In this document: positions 47,443 through 57,712 of the stretch, in pieces | How the letters are laid out: every line of letters begins with the position of its first letter | Position numbering within the stretch: the stretch's first letter is position 1 | DNA from: an uncultured Nitrososphaerota archaeon | GTDB lineage: Archaea > Thermoproteota > Nitrososphaeria > Nitrososphaerales > Nitrosopumilaceae | DNA length: 64,000 bases | Direction of reading: 5' to 3' | NCBI GenBank assembly: GCA_963701075.1 | Contig: OY969559.1 | Span: 256,001 to 320,000 of the forward strand | Translations under genes and position numbers: made by a program | The notes under the pieces: model-generated | The model's input: the letters and a program-made list of their open reading frames with translations, nothing else | What the model was told of the DNA's origin: nothing | Database searches by the model: none

Positions 47443-48585
47443 GTGCGTAATTACAAATTCAGACTGTATCCTAACAGCGTCATCAAAGCAAGGCTCGGTG
47501 CCACATTAGAAGCCTCTCGCTGGCTGTACAACTACCTTTTGAGTAAGAACTTACGGTCCAAGCAGGACATGCAGTTTGCACTCACAGAGCTCAAGGAGAC
47601 CGAGACGTGGTTGAAACTATACCACAGCAAGATGCTCCAGATGATACCACACAGGATAGACAGTGCAAGGAGATCATTGATAGAAAAGAAAAAGAGGGGA
47701 TATGTTGTGGGTCAGCTACAATATGCAACAAGGGATGAATGGAACACGTTTGTCTACAACCAATCCGGATTCAGCATCGAGAAGCATGGTAACGCTGATC
47801 TACTCTGGCTCTCAAAGATAGGATGGGTGGAGATAAGATTACACAGACCAGTAGATGGTAATATCAAACAGATAACCATGACAAAGAAGGTTGGTAAATG
47901 GTATGCCATAATTGCTGTAGAGATACAACCCGTCTTGCCTAAACTCATCGATATAAAGAAAAGTGTTGGTATCGATGTTGGTATTAAGAACTATACATAC
48001 GACTCGGATGGAAATGTAACACCAAATCCACAAAACTTGGAGAGGATGTTAAAGTCACTGGCAAGGGCACAGAGAAAGATGTCGAGAAGGGTCAAGGGTT
48101 CAAACAACTACAAGAAGGCAAAACGATGGTATCAAATTGTTCATGAACGCATTACCAACAGGAGAAGGGATTTCCAGCACAAACTTTCTACGCACTATGC
48201 CAGAAAGTATGATGTTGTCTTCATGGAAAAACTGCACCTGCAGAACATGGTAAAAAATCATAATCTTGCTCGAAGAATTATGGATGCAGGATGGGGTTCA
48301 TTCAAAAATATGATTGAGTACAAATGTATGGAAATCGATGTCGAATCACGAAATTCAACAATCGATTGTTCCAGATGCGGGCACAAAGTCCCAAAGACGC
48401 TTGCCATAAGAATTCACCATTGCGACCAATGTGGTTTATCCATTGATCGCGACCACAACGCAAGCCTCAATATACTCAAGCGAGGACTGGCGTTGTGGAA
48501 CTTACCGATGGAACATCGGGAAGTCACGCCTGTGGAGATCTCACAGAGATCACAGAAGCAGGAAGAATCTCTATCTGTAGGGTAG
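47443..48585 (+). CDS. tnpB: TnpB of IS200/IS605 type (TnpB-3), no TnpA
   Basis: N-terminal YKFRLYP HTH, GIDVG / FMEKL / DRDHNASLNI, CSRC..CDQC. Confidence 0.93.
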   Translation: MRNYKFRLYPNSVIKARLGATLEASRWLYNYLLSKNLRSKQDMQFALTELKETETWLKLYHSKMLQMIPHRIDSARRSLIEKKKRGYVVGQLQYATRDEWNTFVYNQSGFSIEKHGNADLLWLSKIGWVEIRLHRPVDGNIKQITMTKKVGKWYAIIAVEIQPVLPKLIDIKKSVGIDVGIKNYTYDSDGNVTPNPQNLERMLKSLARAQRKMSRRVKGSNNYKKAKRWYQIVHERITNRRRDFQHKLSTHYARKYDVVFMEKLHLQNMVKNHNLARRIMDAGWGSFKNMIEYKCMEIDVESRNSTIDCSRCGHKVPKTLAIRIHHCDQCGLSIDRDHNASLNILKRGLALWNLPMEHREVTPVEISQRSQKQEESLSVG

Positions 48586-48615
48586 AATAGTTCACAATGT
48601 TTGGTTGACCCTCAA
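48500..48615 (+). ncRNA. putative omega-RNA/right end of TnpB-3
   Basis: CCGATG..CATCGG and GATCTC..GAGATC stems, GAAGCAGGAAG, end motif TAGTTCAC at ~48595; boundaries approximate. Confidence 0.6.
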
Positions 48616-48653
48616 TAGCAAAGAGTATAATTTTGGACTGTTAACGACTCATT

Positions 48654-50584
48654 ATGACACTTGCAGGAATTGAACTATCTTATCTGGTAAACGAAATATC
48701 CAGCAAGACAAAGGACTATTATGTCAGCAACATTTACGGTATAACTCGCAATAGCCTTCTCTTCAAATTGCATCATCCCGAAAAACCAGATCTTTTGCTC
48801 ATGTTTTCCACATTTGGATTTTGGATTACCAATGTAAAGATAAGCCAGATGGAGGAGAACAGACTGGTAAAGAGACTCAGAAATGATCTTCTTCGCGCCA
48901 GAATTATTAATGTTGAGCAAATTGGTAGTGAGAGAATAGTCCAAGTTACATTTAGCGGTTTCAACCAAGAATTTGTTCTGATTGGGGAATTTTTTGGTGA
49001 CGGTAACATACTTTTGTGCAATAAAGAGATGAAGATCTTATCGCTTCTTCATTCAATTGATGTAAGACATAGAAAGTTAGGGGTTGGCCTAACATATGTT
49101 CCTCCACCATCAAGTGGCTCAGATATTTTCAAAGTGACACAAAAAGATCTAGAGGAGATAAAATCCGCATCTACTGTAACAGTTAGGTGGATTGGCAGAA
49201 CCCTAGGATTACCCTCCAAATATGCTGAGGAGATAATGAAGAGATCCAATGTAGATGGTCAGAGATTGGGAAATACATTGTCTAGCGAAGAAGTTGCCAG
49301 GATATATCAAGCAACAAGAGAGATGATTGAAAAAGTTGTCAGTGGAAAACATGATCCATGCATTGTCCGTGATGATAAGGGAGCAGACGTGTATCCCATA
49401 CCGCTTGGAGACGTTTCACAAAAAAATGTCAGTCAAGTATCTAGTTTTATGGAAGGGTTAGATTCACTATTTTCTGAAAATCTTCTAGAACAGGGAAAGA
49501 CATCACAAACTGATACCGTAAGCCAAAAGATAATAGAGATGGAGCATAAACTTGAGGAGCAAAACAAGGCAATCTCACTGGTTAAGCTGAAGAGCTGAAT
49601 CAATATCCAAGGTTGCCAAAGCTCTCTTTGGTTTGGCATCAATTGGAGTTACATCTATCGAGGATTCAAGAGTTCCACCACTATTGCAAGAACACAATTC
49701 CTCTCTGATGAGAGAAAGTGGCATACTAATGATAAATATCGAGGAAGATAAAGTAAAGATCAACCCACAGTCATCAATTCAAGCCATAGCTTCTATCTTG
49801 TTTAACGAATCAAAACGACAATTAAAAGCAATTGAAACAATAGGGTCAGAAAAAATCAAGACTGAAAAGAATTTGGAGGCATTCAGAAAACAGGCTACCA
49901 TCACACAAAATTCTATTGTTTTTGCAATACAGAAAAAGAAAGAATGGTATGAAAGGTACAGATGGTTTTTCACTTCAGATGGACTTTTGGCAATTGGAGG
50001 ACGAGACGCATCATCCAATTCTTCGGTAATAAGAAAACACCTAGGTAAGGATGACAGAGTCTTCCACGCAGAGATAGTAGGATCACCGTTTTTTATCCTA
50101 AAAGATAGTGAAGATGAGATGACATCAAGTATAACAGAAGTAGCACAGGCTACAGTCTGTTTTAGTAGAGCTTGGAGAGAAGGATTGTACGGATTAAATG
50201 CCTATTGGGTAAAACCAGATCAGATCAAGATGGGAGCACCTACGGGTCAATTTCTTGCAAAGGGCGCATTCCCAATAGAGGGGACTAGAAGTCTTTGTTC
50301 AAGTTTCAAACTTGCAACTAGCCATAGGATTATATCAAAAAAATGACAGTTATGCAATCATGTCTGGTCCACTGTCAGCAGTAAAGATGAGATGCTTGTT
50401 TTATGTAATTATAGAGCCAGCAGGAACTGATATGACGGATCTTGCAAAAAAGATAAGATTAGAATTTTTAAAACTTGCAGAAAATCAAGATGTTGTTAAA
50501 GCATTTAATATTGATGATTTCATACGTGCACTTCCTGCAGGCGATAGCCACATAGTAGAATCAGGTATTGGTCAAGGATATTGA
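48654..50584 (+). CDS. rqcH: Rqc2/RqcH (NFACT) ribosome quality control protein (two apparent frameshifts ~49592, ~50292)
   Basis: EQIGSERIV, EFFGDGNILL, WYERYRWFFTSDG, GGRDASSN, FHAEIVGSP over three consecutive ORFs. Confidence 0.9.
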
Positions 50585-51072
50585 GTACACATAAGCCTAG
50601 TTTTATTGTAGATGCAATGCTTGGGAACTTGGCAAGAAAATTGCGTATTCTTGGCTATGACTCCAAATACGAATCTTCAATTGAGGATTCAGAATTGATT
50701 AAATTTGCAGAGAATCAGAGGCGCGTCATAGTTACAAAAGACGAAAATCTTTCCAAAAGTGCTGAAAAGATAGGCGGCATTACGACAGTACTCATTAGAG
50801 GAAATGATGAAATTGAACAGATTGTACAGATTGCAAAAAAGATCGGTCTTTCAAATTTTGTACTTGATACCAACTCTTCAAGATGTGGAGATTGCAATGA
50901 GAAAATTGAAGCGATTGATAAAATAAGGATCATGGAGAAGGTTCCCCCCAGAATTTATGAAAGACAAGAAAAATTTTGGCGCTGTAAGGGTTGCAAGAAA
51001 ATTTATTGGGAAGGAACTCATTTGGTGAAGATTAAAGAGTTTGTAGAAAAACTAAACCAGCGATTGAGATGA
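50581..51072 (+). CDS. Mut7-C RNase (PIN-like) domain protein
   Basis: FIVDAMLGNLARKLRILGYD, RCGDCN, CKGCKKIYWEGTH. Confidence 0.92.
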   Translation: MSTHKPSFIVDAMLGNLARKLRILGYDSKYESSIEDSELIKFAENQRRVIVTKDENLSKSAEKIGGITTVLIRGNDEIEQIVQIAKKIGLSNFVLDTNSSRCGDCNEKIEAIDKIRIMEKVPPRIYERQEKFWRCKGCKKIYWEGTHLVKIKEFVEKLNQRLR

Positions 51073-51671
51073 GTGTAATATCTGATCACGATGGAGAGTT
51101 ACTTGTTAGGACAGCAAGATCAGTTGCCAGGGAATATATCGAAACCGGAAAGAGGGCAACGCTTTCTAGTGAAATCAAATCTAGATTTTCCTTCAATTCT
51201 GGAGTATTTGTTACTCTAAACAAAGAAGAAAATCTCAGAGGATGTATAGGATTTCCAACACCAGATAGAAAACTATACCAATCTCTTGTGGATGCATCTA
51301 TAGCATCAGCAACAGAAGATCCTCGGTTTTTACCTGTAGAATATGATGAATTGGACAAGATTACTTTTGAAGTAACAGTTTTGACTCTTCCAGAAGTGGT
51401 AAAGGTAGAAGATCCATCAAAGTATCCATCTAAGATAAGGGTTGGTAGGGATGGATTAATTGTAAAATGGGAATTTGGTTCTGGTCTTCTACTTCCTCAG
51501 GTTCCTGTAGAATATGGATGGAATGAAGAAGAGTTTCTAAACCATACATGTGAGAAGGCAGGTGCCCCCTTTGATCATTGGAAACAAAAGAGTACGATGA
51601 TTTTACGATTTGAGGGGATTGTATTCAAAGAAACAAAACCAAATGGCTCAGCAGTACGAATAGAATTATAG
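51069..51671 (+). CDS. AMMECR1-domain protein
   Basis: GVFVTL, LRGCIG, DPRF, GLLLPQV, CEKAG. Confidence 0.93.
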   Translation: MSVISDHDGELLVRTARSVAREYIETGKRATLSSEIKSRFSFNSGVFVTLNKEENLRGCIGFPTPDRKLYQSLVDASIASATEDPRFLPVEYDELDKITFEVTVLTLPEVVKVEDPSKYPSKIRVGRDGLIVKWEFGSGLLLPQVPVEYGWNEEEFLNHTCEKAGAPFDHWKQKSTMILRFEGIVFKETKPNGSAVRIEL

Positions 51672-52049
51672 TATTTTGCCTTCTATTGCATCAACTGTGA
51701 TCTCTTGACCATCTTTCAAGGATTCATAGTCTTTCTTTTCTGCCACAACCAATGGAATATTTGAAATTGCACACCCCGATGCTGTTGTAATATCTGCCTT
51801 GAGACATATTATTGCAAGTGGTGCACATTTGTTGTATTTTAATGAGTAAATTGTGTATGCACCGACACTACTGCCTATACCTTTTGGAAAGACAAGAATC
51901 TTGTCTCCTACAAATTTGTCAAAGAGATCATGATTCTCATCCCGTATCCTTCCTGTCATCTTGTCTACACCCCCAAGGAAATTCACGGGATTTTTTGCGC
52001 AAAGTACAGTGCCTTTTGCTTTTCCCTTGACGATTATCCTAACATTCAT
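51666..52049 (-). CDS. aconitase X swivel subunit (phosphomevalonate dehydratase small subunit)
   Basis: NFLGGVD..TG, FPKGIGSSVGAY; paired with the large subunit. Confidence 0.88.
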   Translation of the reverse strand: MNVRIIVKGKAKGTVLCAKNPVNFLGGVDKMTGRIRDENHDLFDKFVGDKILVFPKGIGSSVGAYTIYSLKYNKCAPLAIICLKADITTASGCAISNIPLVVAEKKDYESLKDGQEITVDAIEGKIL

Positions 52050-53203
52050 TTTGTTTCCTCTTGAATAATTTGATCAAGATTTTTTAGATTGACATCTACA
52101 CCGTTTGATGTTCTCAGATAATATGCTCCCTTGACGCTGTTTGTAATAACAGAATCAACATCTTCTTTGTCTACAAGTGGCGTCAAACATATACAGCAAT
52201 CATAGAGTACTTCTGCACCGGCTCGGCTTAGCTCTTTGTCATAATTTAGATTTCTAATCTGTCCCTGTATAGCACGTGGACAGAAAATCATACAACGTTT
52301 TCTAAATGATCGTCCTTTTAGTTTAGTTGTCAGATCTGATATTTCCTCTAGTCCGAGTTGTGGACTTCCTAGTGTAATAACATCGCCTGATTCTGCCGTA
52401 TTGAGTTCGTCTTTGACGTTTTTCATTTCTTTATCATCAAAGTCTATCTTTTCTCCCTTCTCCTCTTCTCCAAAAGTAAACATACCACAGCTCCCAGACG
52501 TTCCCATTCCTGCGCATAATGATTTGCAGTGACGTCTGTCTAGTTCTTTTACGCCAGATATAGCAACTGAGCTTCCTGCTTCCTTTCCCGCAAAATATCC
52601 CAGCAATCCGTACGTCAGTTCATCTTTCTGTTTTGTCTTCATTCTTATGGTAAGATTTGGTTTTCTGCCTTCATCGTCTCGCAAATCAGAGTAGATATTC
52701 TTTCCAGTGAGCGCACTTGCCAGTGCACTAAACGCACTTTCCTTGTTAGTTTTTAGAGCAGAAATTGAATTTGCATAAATGGCAGCATTGCTTTCTCCAA
52801 AAGATACTTGGGTTCCTTTTTTTGGGAGCTCAAAGATTTCATATGGAATGCAAGAAAAAGACGGGATGGCACCCATCTTCTCGTATGATTGTTTGATACT
52901 ATGTTGTTTTTTGATAAATTCCTCATCAAGTTCAAACTTTGAAACACTATCAGAATCAAATCCCATTGGATTTACAGTAGTTTTTATCTTAAATTTTGCA
53001 TCTTTGCTAAGATGTGAAAGAAATTCCTCCCCTGCATCACCTATTGTATTGTAATTTACTCCAGATAGATGAGCCCATTCTACTGGAATTAGTTTGTCTG
53101 CCCCTGTAGCCTCCCCTATTGCCACGAGAACTCTGTATGCAAGCGCAAGAGTTTCTCCGTGTTTTCCAGCAAGTGCAGATTCTTCTTCTTTTGTTAGCTC
53201 CAA
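52046..53203 (-). CDS. aconitase X catalytic subunit (phosphomevalonate dehydratase large subunit)
   Basis: AHLSGVNY, FSCIPY, GESNA, LGSPQL, DCCICLTP, TNSVKGAYY. Confidence 0.88.
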   Translation of the reverse strand: MELTKEEESALAGKHGETLALAYRVLVAIGEATGADKLIPVEWAHLSGVNYNTIGDAGEEFLSHLSKDAKFKIKTTVNPMGFDSDSVSKFELDEEFIKKQHSIKQSYEKMGAIPSFSCIPYEIFELPKKGTQVSFGESNAAIYANSISALKTNKESAFSALASALTGKNIYSDLRDDEGRKPNLTIRMKTKQKDELTYGLLGYFAGKEAGSSVAISGVKELDRRHCKSLCAGMGTSGSCGMFTFGEEEKGEKIDFDDKEMKNVKDELNTAESGDVITLGSPQLGLEEISDLTTKLKGRSFRKRCMIFCPRAIQGQIRNLNYDKELSRAGAEVLYDCCICLTPLVDKEDVDSVITNSVKGAYYLRTSNGVDVNLKNLDQIIQEETK

Positions 53204-53237
53204 TATGATGATCTTGTTATAACAGATATAATAGTTT

Positions 53238-53915
53238 ATGATAAAATATAGTCAGTTGGATAAGATAGGAAAAATTCTAGACGGAATGATAAAGACAATG
53301 GATGCAGTCAAGCCACCTAGAATGACTGCGTTGCGGCAATTACGCGAAGCCGAAAATGGAAGCCCCTTGAGCATTCTTATTGGAACAATACTTTCAGCAC
53401 GAACAAGAGATGAAAATACATCTGCAGTGGTCAGAAAATTATTCTCACAATACAAGACAGCCCGTGCTCTTGCTAGCGCAAAGATTTCAGATATTGAAAA
53501 GATTATCAAATCAACAGGATTTTATCATGTAAAGGCAAAGCGCATAATAGAAGTAGCGGCCATAATAGATTCAAAATATTCTGGTAAAGTACCACAAACA
53601 TTAGATGAACTAGTTGAGCTGCCAGGCGTGGGTCGAAAAACTGCAAATTGTGTTCTGGTTTATGCATTTGACAAGCCTGCTATACCTGTAGATACACATG
53701 TGCATAGAATCTCAAATAGGATTGGACTTGTTCAGACAAAGACTCCTGAAGATACAGAGATTGAGATGATGAAAAAAATTCCAAAAAAGCATTGGATTCG
53801 GATAAATGATACATTTGTCATGTATGGTCAAAATATCTGTAAACCAATATCTCCAATGTGCACAGTCTGTCAGATAAAAAGAGAGTGTAATTATTACAAG
53901 ACTATCTCTTCTTAG
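53238..53915 (+). CDS. nth: endonuclease III
   Basis: ILSARTRD, LPGVGRKTAN, VDTHVHRI, C-x6-C-x2-C-x5-C. Confidence 0.95.
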   Translation: MIKYSQLDKIGKILDGMIKTMDAVKPPRMTALRQLREAENGSPLSILIGTILSARTRDENTSAVVRKLFSQYKTARALASAKISDIEKIIKSTGFYHVKAKRIIEVAAIIDSKYSGKVPQTLDELVELPGVGRKTANCVLVYAFDKPAIPVDTHVHRISNRIGLVQTKTPEDTEIEMMKKIPKKHWIRINDTFVMYGQNICKPISPMCTVCQIKRECNYYKTISS

Positions 53916-54588
53916 TCTTTATTAAAACGCCAATCAAGACTCCAGTTACTCCAACTACAATAAATGGCAGGTAAAAGATCGGGTTTTGTGCAGGATCTCC
54001 TGAAACTATATTTATGGACACGCTTCCTGAGGATGCGGCTGGAGGGTCAGAAGCTGAATCCAGCCCAGATGCGGCAATATCCCTTACTGTAAATCCTGCT
54101 ACATCCAAATTATCAACAAGCACCTGTTGACCTATTGACGCAGATAGTCCGCCATTACTTGTATGTTGCACTGTTACAATCTGTCCAGGGGTCCATCCAC
54201 CCGTCCTTTCATCTATAATCACAAAGTATCCATCGCTTGGAGTATTGACAGCTACCCATAATCTATAATCTGGAGGACTGCCCATTCCAACCTCGATGAA
54301 TTTCTGTACCGTGGGATCTTCATAGAGTCTGATTATGGCAGTACCATTTGGGTTTGCATATGTGAGCTTATTTTCTATGGTGAGTTGCCAATTAGTAACA
54401 TGTTCATGAGGTAGCTTGAAAATAGTACCATTATCTCTTGGAACATTAAATGCAGCAGCAGGTATCTCAACTGAATCATAATGGACAGATGGGTTCATAG
54501 TAGCTTCTTGGGCATATACCGGTAAAAGTGGCGTTACCAGTAAAAGTACAGCAAGTATCACGCTACGCATAAGATGAGCTGGGTTCAT
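53902..54588 (-). CDS. secreted protein with C-terminal TM anchor, unknown function
   Basis: Signal peptide ending VYA, C-terminal hydrophobic helix plus KTKKR. Confidence 0.75.
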   Translation of the reverse strand: MNPAHLMRSVILAVLLLVTPLLPVYAQEATMNPSVHYDSVEIPAAAFNVPRDNGTIFKLPHEHVTNWQLTIENKLTYANPNGTAIIRLYEDPTVQKFIEVGMGSPPDYRLWVAVNTPSDGYFVIIDERTGGWTPGQIVTVQHTSNGGLSASIGQQVLVDNLDVAGFTVRDIAASGLDSASDPPAASSGSVSINIVSGDPAQNPIFYLPFIVVGVTGVLIGVLIKTKKR

Positions 54589-54600
54589 TTCAATAAAAAT

Positions 54601-55732
54601 CTAGTCTACAAACGGATTATTCCAGTTCATAAGGATCTTTGATACCTCTGGTCGGATCATGTATTCTGATGGACTTTGTTTTTCAAGGATCATTGTCCTA
54701 AGCTTGGTGCCACTAAGTTGTTCCTGAAATTCCTGTCCGTGTGGACAATTTCTTTCACTTGCAAAGGACAAGCATTTTTTGCAATAGAAAAAGGCAGGAT
54801 AGAAGATAGGTTCAATTCCAATGTCAGGATAATCGTCAAATATTTTCTGTGAAGCAAAGGGATCATAGTAATTGCCCACACCAGCGTGATCTCTGCCTAT
54901 TATGATGTTAGTACATCCAAAATTCTTTCTCATTATGGCATGATGAATAGCTTCCTTTGGACCTGCGTACCTCATCTCGGTGTGTAGTGTAGCAAGGTGA
55001 CATCTATTCTGCGGATAGTAGTACTTGATCAGCGTCTCATAGGCTGCAACTATTACTTCATCTTTATAATCGCCTGACTTTTTCTTCCCTATCAGAGGGT
55101 TAACAAAAAGTCCATCGTGTGTGTTCAGTGATGCCTTTTGAAGCATCTCATGTGCAACATGAGGCACATTCCTAGTTTGAAATCCAACTATTGTCTTCCA
55201 CCCTGCCTTCTCAAATAGTTCTCTTGTTTCTCTTGGAGTCTTTCTGTATCTACGAATTGGCGTTTCTGCTGGTCTTGTAATATAATCAATTTTGCCTCCA
55301 ACCAGAGATTCCTTCATTGACATGGTTTTTGCTACTCCGGGATGTTTTTCATCAATTGTGCCATAAACTCCCTTTGCTGTTGCATTTTTATCAAAGGTGT
55401 ATACTTCTTCTACATGCAAGACCGCAAAATTTGTACCGTTAACACTTAGAGCAACATCTTTTGCATCTTTCATCTTTGTTGCAGTTTCTTTATCAACATC
55501 AAGTACTATTGGAATTGTCCAAGGAAGGTCATTTGCTAATCTTCCCTTTGTGATCACTTTCTCAAAATCTTCTCGTAGAAGAAATCCCTCAAGCGGACTG
55601 AAAATACCGTCAGATATATTTTCAATATCGCTTGCCAGATCAGCATTGACTTGTATCGAAAACAGGTTATCTTGGTTTTTGCTTGTAGATCTGTCTACTC
55701 AGCTTACCGCCATGTGGTTGTGCAGTACCCAT
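54601..55732 (-). CDS. sat: sulfate adenylyltransferase (apparent frameshift ~55700)
   Basis: QPHGGKL N-terminus, [38 protein letters not shown]. Confidence 0.93.
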
Positions 55733-55750
55733 ATCATATTACCTATAATG

Positions 55751-56470
55751 TTACTTTCCGTGTTCCGCATGCAATCCACATTCTTTTTGAGGATCTGTTT
55801 CCCACCACCAGCGTCCTGCCCGCAATGGTTCCCCCGGTTTGATTGCACGTGTACAAGGCTCACATCCTATGCTAGGATATCCCTTGTCGTGAAGTTTGTT
55901 GTAAGGTATGTTATTATTCTTAATGTAGTCCCAAGTTTGCTCCCATGTCCATTCAATTATCGGATTTATTTTTATGATGCCGTTGTGTTGCGGATCAGTC
56001 TCAATTCTGTGGACGTTAGACCTCACTTCGGTTTGGTCAGCTCTTAGTCCAGTAATCCATCCATCTACAGTTGAGAGCATCTTCTTGAGTGGATGGACTT
56101 TTCTGATGCCACAGCACAGTTTACGATTTCCCATACTTTGATAAAATAAGTTCATGCCATTGACACGAACCATTTCTTCAACTTCATTAGAATCTGGAAA
56201 CATTACTTCGATGTTCATGTTGTACTTGTTTCTTATCTCATCCATAACATCGTATGTCTCTTGATTTAATCTACCAGTATCAAGCGTAAAGATTCTAGCT
56301 TTTGGATTTATTTTCATCATCATATCAATTACTACAACATCTTCTGCTCCAAAACTTGATGCCATGGCTATTTTGGGATGAAGATTGTCTAATGCCCATT
56401 TGAGAACATCTTGCGGCGTCTTCAGTTTTTCGTTTAACTGCTGTATCTGCTCAGCAGTAAAGTTATGCAT
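55751..56470 (-). CDS. cysH: APS/PAPS reductase ([4Fe-4S] APS type)
   Basis: SSFG, LDTG, CCGIRK, SIGCEPCT, RAGRWWWE, ECGLH. Confidence 0.93.
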   Translation of the reverse strand: MHNFTAEQIQQLNEKLKTPQDVLKWALDNLHPKIAMASSFGAEDVVVIDMMMKINPKARIFTLDTGRLNQETYDVMDEIRNKYNMNIEVMFPDSNEVEEMVRVNGMNLFYQSMGNRKLCCGIRKVHPLKKMLSTVDGWITGLRADQTEVRSNVHRIETDPQHNGIIKINPIIEWTWEQTWDYIKNNNIPYNKLHDKGYPSIGCEPCTRAIKPGEPLRAGRWWWETDPQKECGLHAEHGK

Positions 56471-56556
56471 AAGAAAACGCATTCATTTTGGTCATATAAT
56501 TATTTAGGTTGATTTTCTATCCTAGAATTATAAATAGTCAAAACACTGGAAATAGA

Positions 56557-57681
56557 ATGAATGAGAAGACTGTACTGGTTGTTTTTCCATCCATTTTCTC
56601 ATTAAATAAGATGGATGGTTTAGAAACAAGTATCTCAACGATTCTCAAGATCAAGAAACAGAGTTTCACTTGTGTGCGAAAGAATAATTCTGTGATAATA
56701 ATAGAAGCAAATGATCCTGTTTTTGCTTCCTCTACGATTGGATCACTTTTTGGTATTGATCGAATAGCTATTGCAAAAGAAGTTAAGAATCAGTTTGATA
56801 CGGTACTTTCTACAATTACAAGTACAAGTATGAATTTGTTGTTGAAAGGTGAGAAATTCTACATCAAGGTTGAAGGAAAATCTGCAGACTACTTGACAAA
56901 AGATTTGGAAGTTGCAGCAACTTCATCTTTAATCGAGAAATCCATCGATCTACAAGTAAAGCCTGGTTTGGAATTAGATCATAGCAGATTGCTTTACACA
57001 TATCTTACAGAATCACATGCTTATGTTTGCATTTTTGTAGATAAGGGACTGGGAGGAATTCCATATAATTCTCAAAAGGAAACTATACTTTGTTGCATAT
57101 ATGACGAGTTATCTGCAATAGCATGTCTGCAAAGCATCAAAATGGGTTTTGATGTAAAGATGATCGTAAGTTACTCAAGTGATTCAGATCTTCTTAAGAT
57201 ATCTAAAATGATAAACAGGATGTTACCATCAATTGTTCAAGAAAAAATTATACTTCAATTCTGTAAAATGCCCAAGACTCAAGATCCATTAATGAAAATT
57301 TTAGTAATGATTTATCTCATGGTGTCAATTGCCTCGTCCAGAAAAATCAAGCGTGTAGCATTACCAATCTTACCCTTTGTATTACCTGTATGGTTTGTAG
57401 AAGAAGGTACGAAAACTGTTTTTCAGAAGAACTTGGTACCATGGCTTCCACTTGCTGGCATGGACTCTAGCATTCTTGAAAATGCTAGGCAAATAGGATT
57501 AGAGAAGTATCTTACAAATCTAGAGAACTTGTGTAAATCAAAATTTACCAAAAGAAACATTCCAAAAAAGAAAATTCAAAAAAACGTTAGCGATGCGTTG
57601 AAAAGCCTTGAATCAATATCGCTAACTGCGGGACCAAAAAATGTATATGATATAATTGATTCTCTGAGAATGAATCATTGA
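56557..57681 (+). CDS. THUMP-domain ThiI-like protein, degenerate
   Basis: ThiI-like layout (FGI, THUMP region, GLGGIP) but no SGGxDS PP-loop. Confidence 0.6.
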   Translation: MNEKTVLVVFPSIFSLNKMDGLETSISTILKIKKQSFTCVRKNNSVIIIEANDPVFASSTIGSLFGIDRIAIAKEVKNQFDTVLSTITSTSMNLLLKGEKFYIKVEGKSADYLTKDLEVAATSSLIEKSIDLQVKPGLELDHSRLLYTYLTESHAYVCIFVDKGLGGIPYNSQKETILCCIYDELSAIACLQSIKMGFDVKMIVSYSSDSDLLKISKMINRMLPSIVQEKIILQFCKMPKTQDPLMKILVMIYLMVSIASSRKIKRVALPILPFVLPVWFVEEGTKTVFQKNLVPWLPLAGMDSSILENARQIGLEKYLTNLENLCKSKFTKRNIPKKKIQKNVSDALKSLESISLTAGPKNVYDIIDSLRMNH

Positions 57682-57712
57682 GAATTTAAGTAGGACTAAT
57701 TTAGTTGCATGC

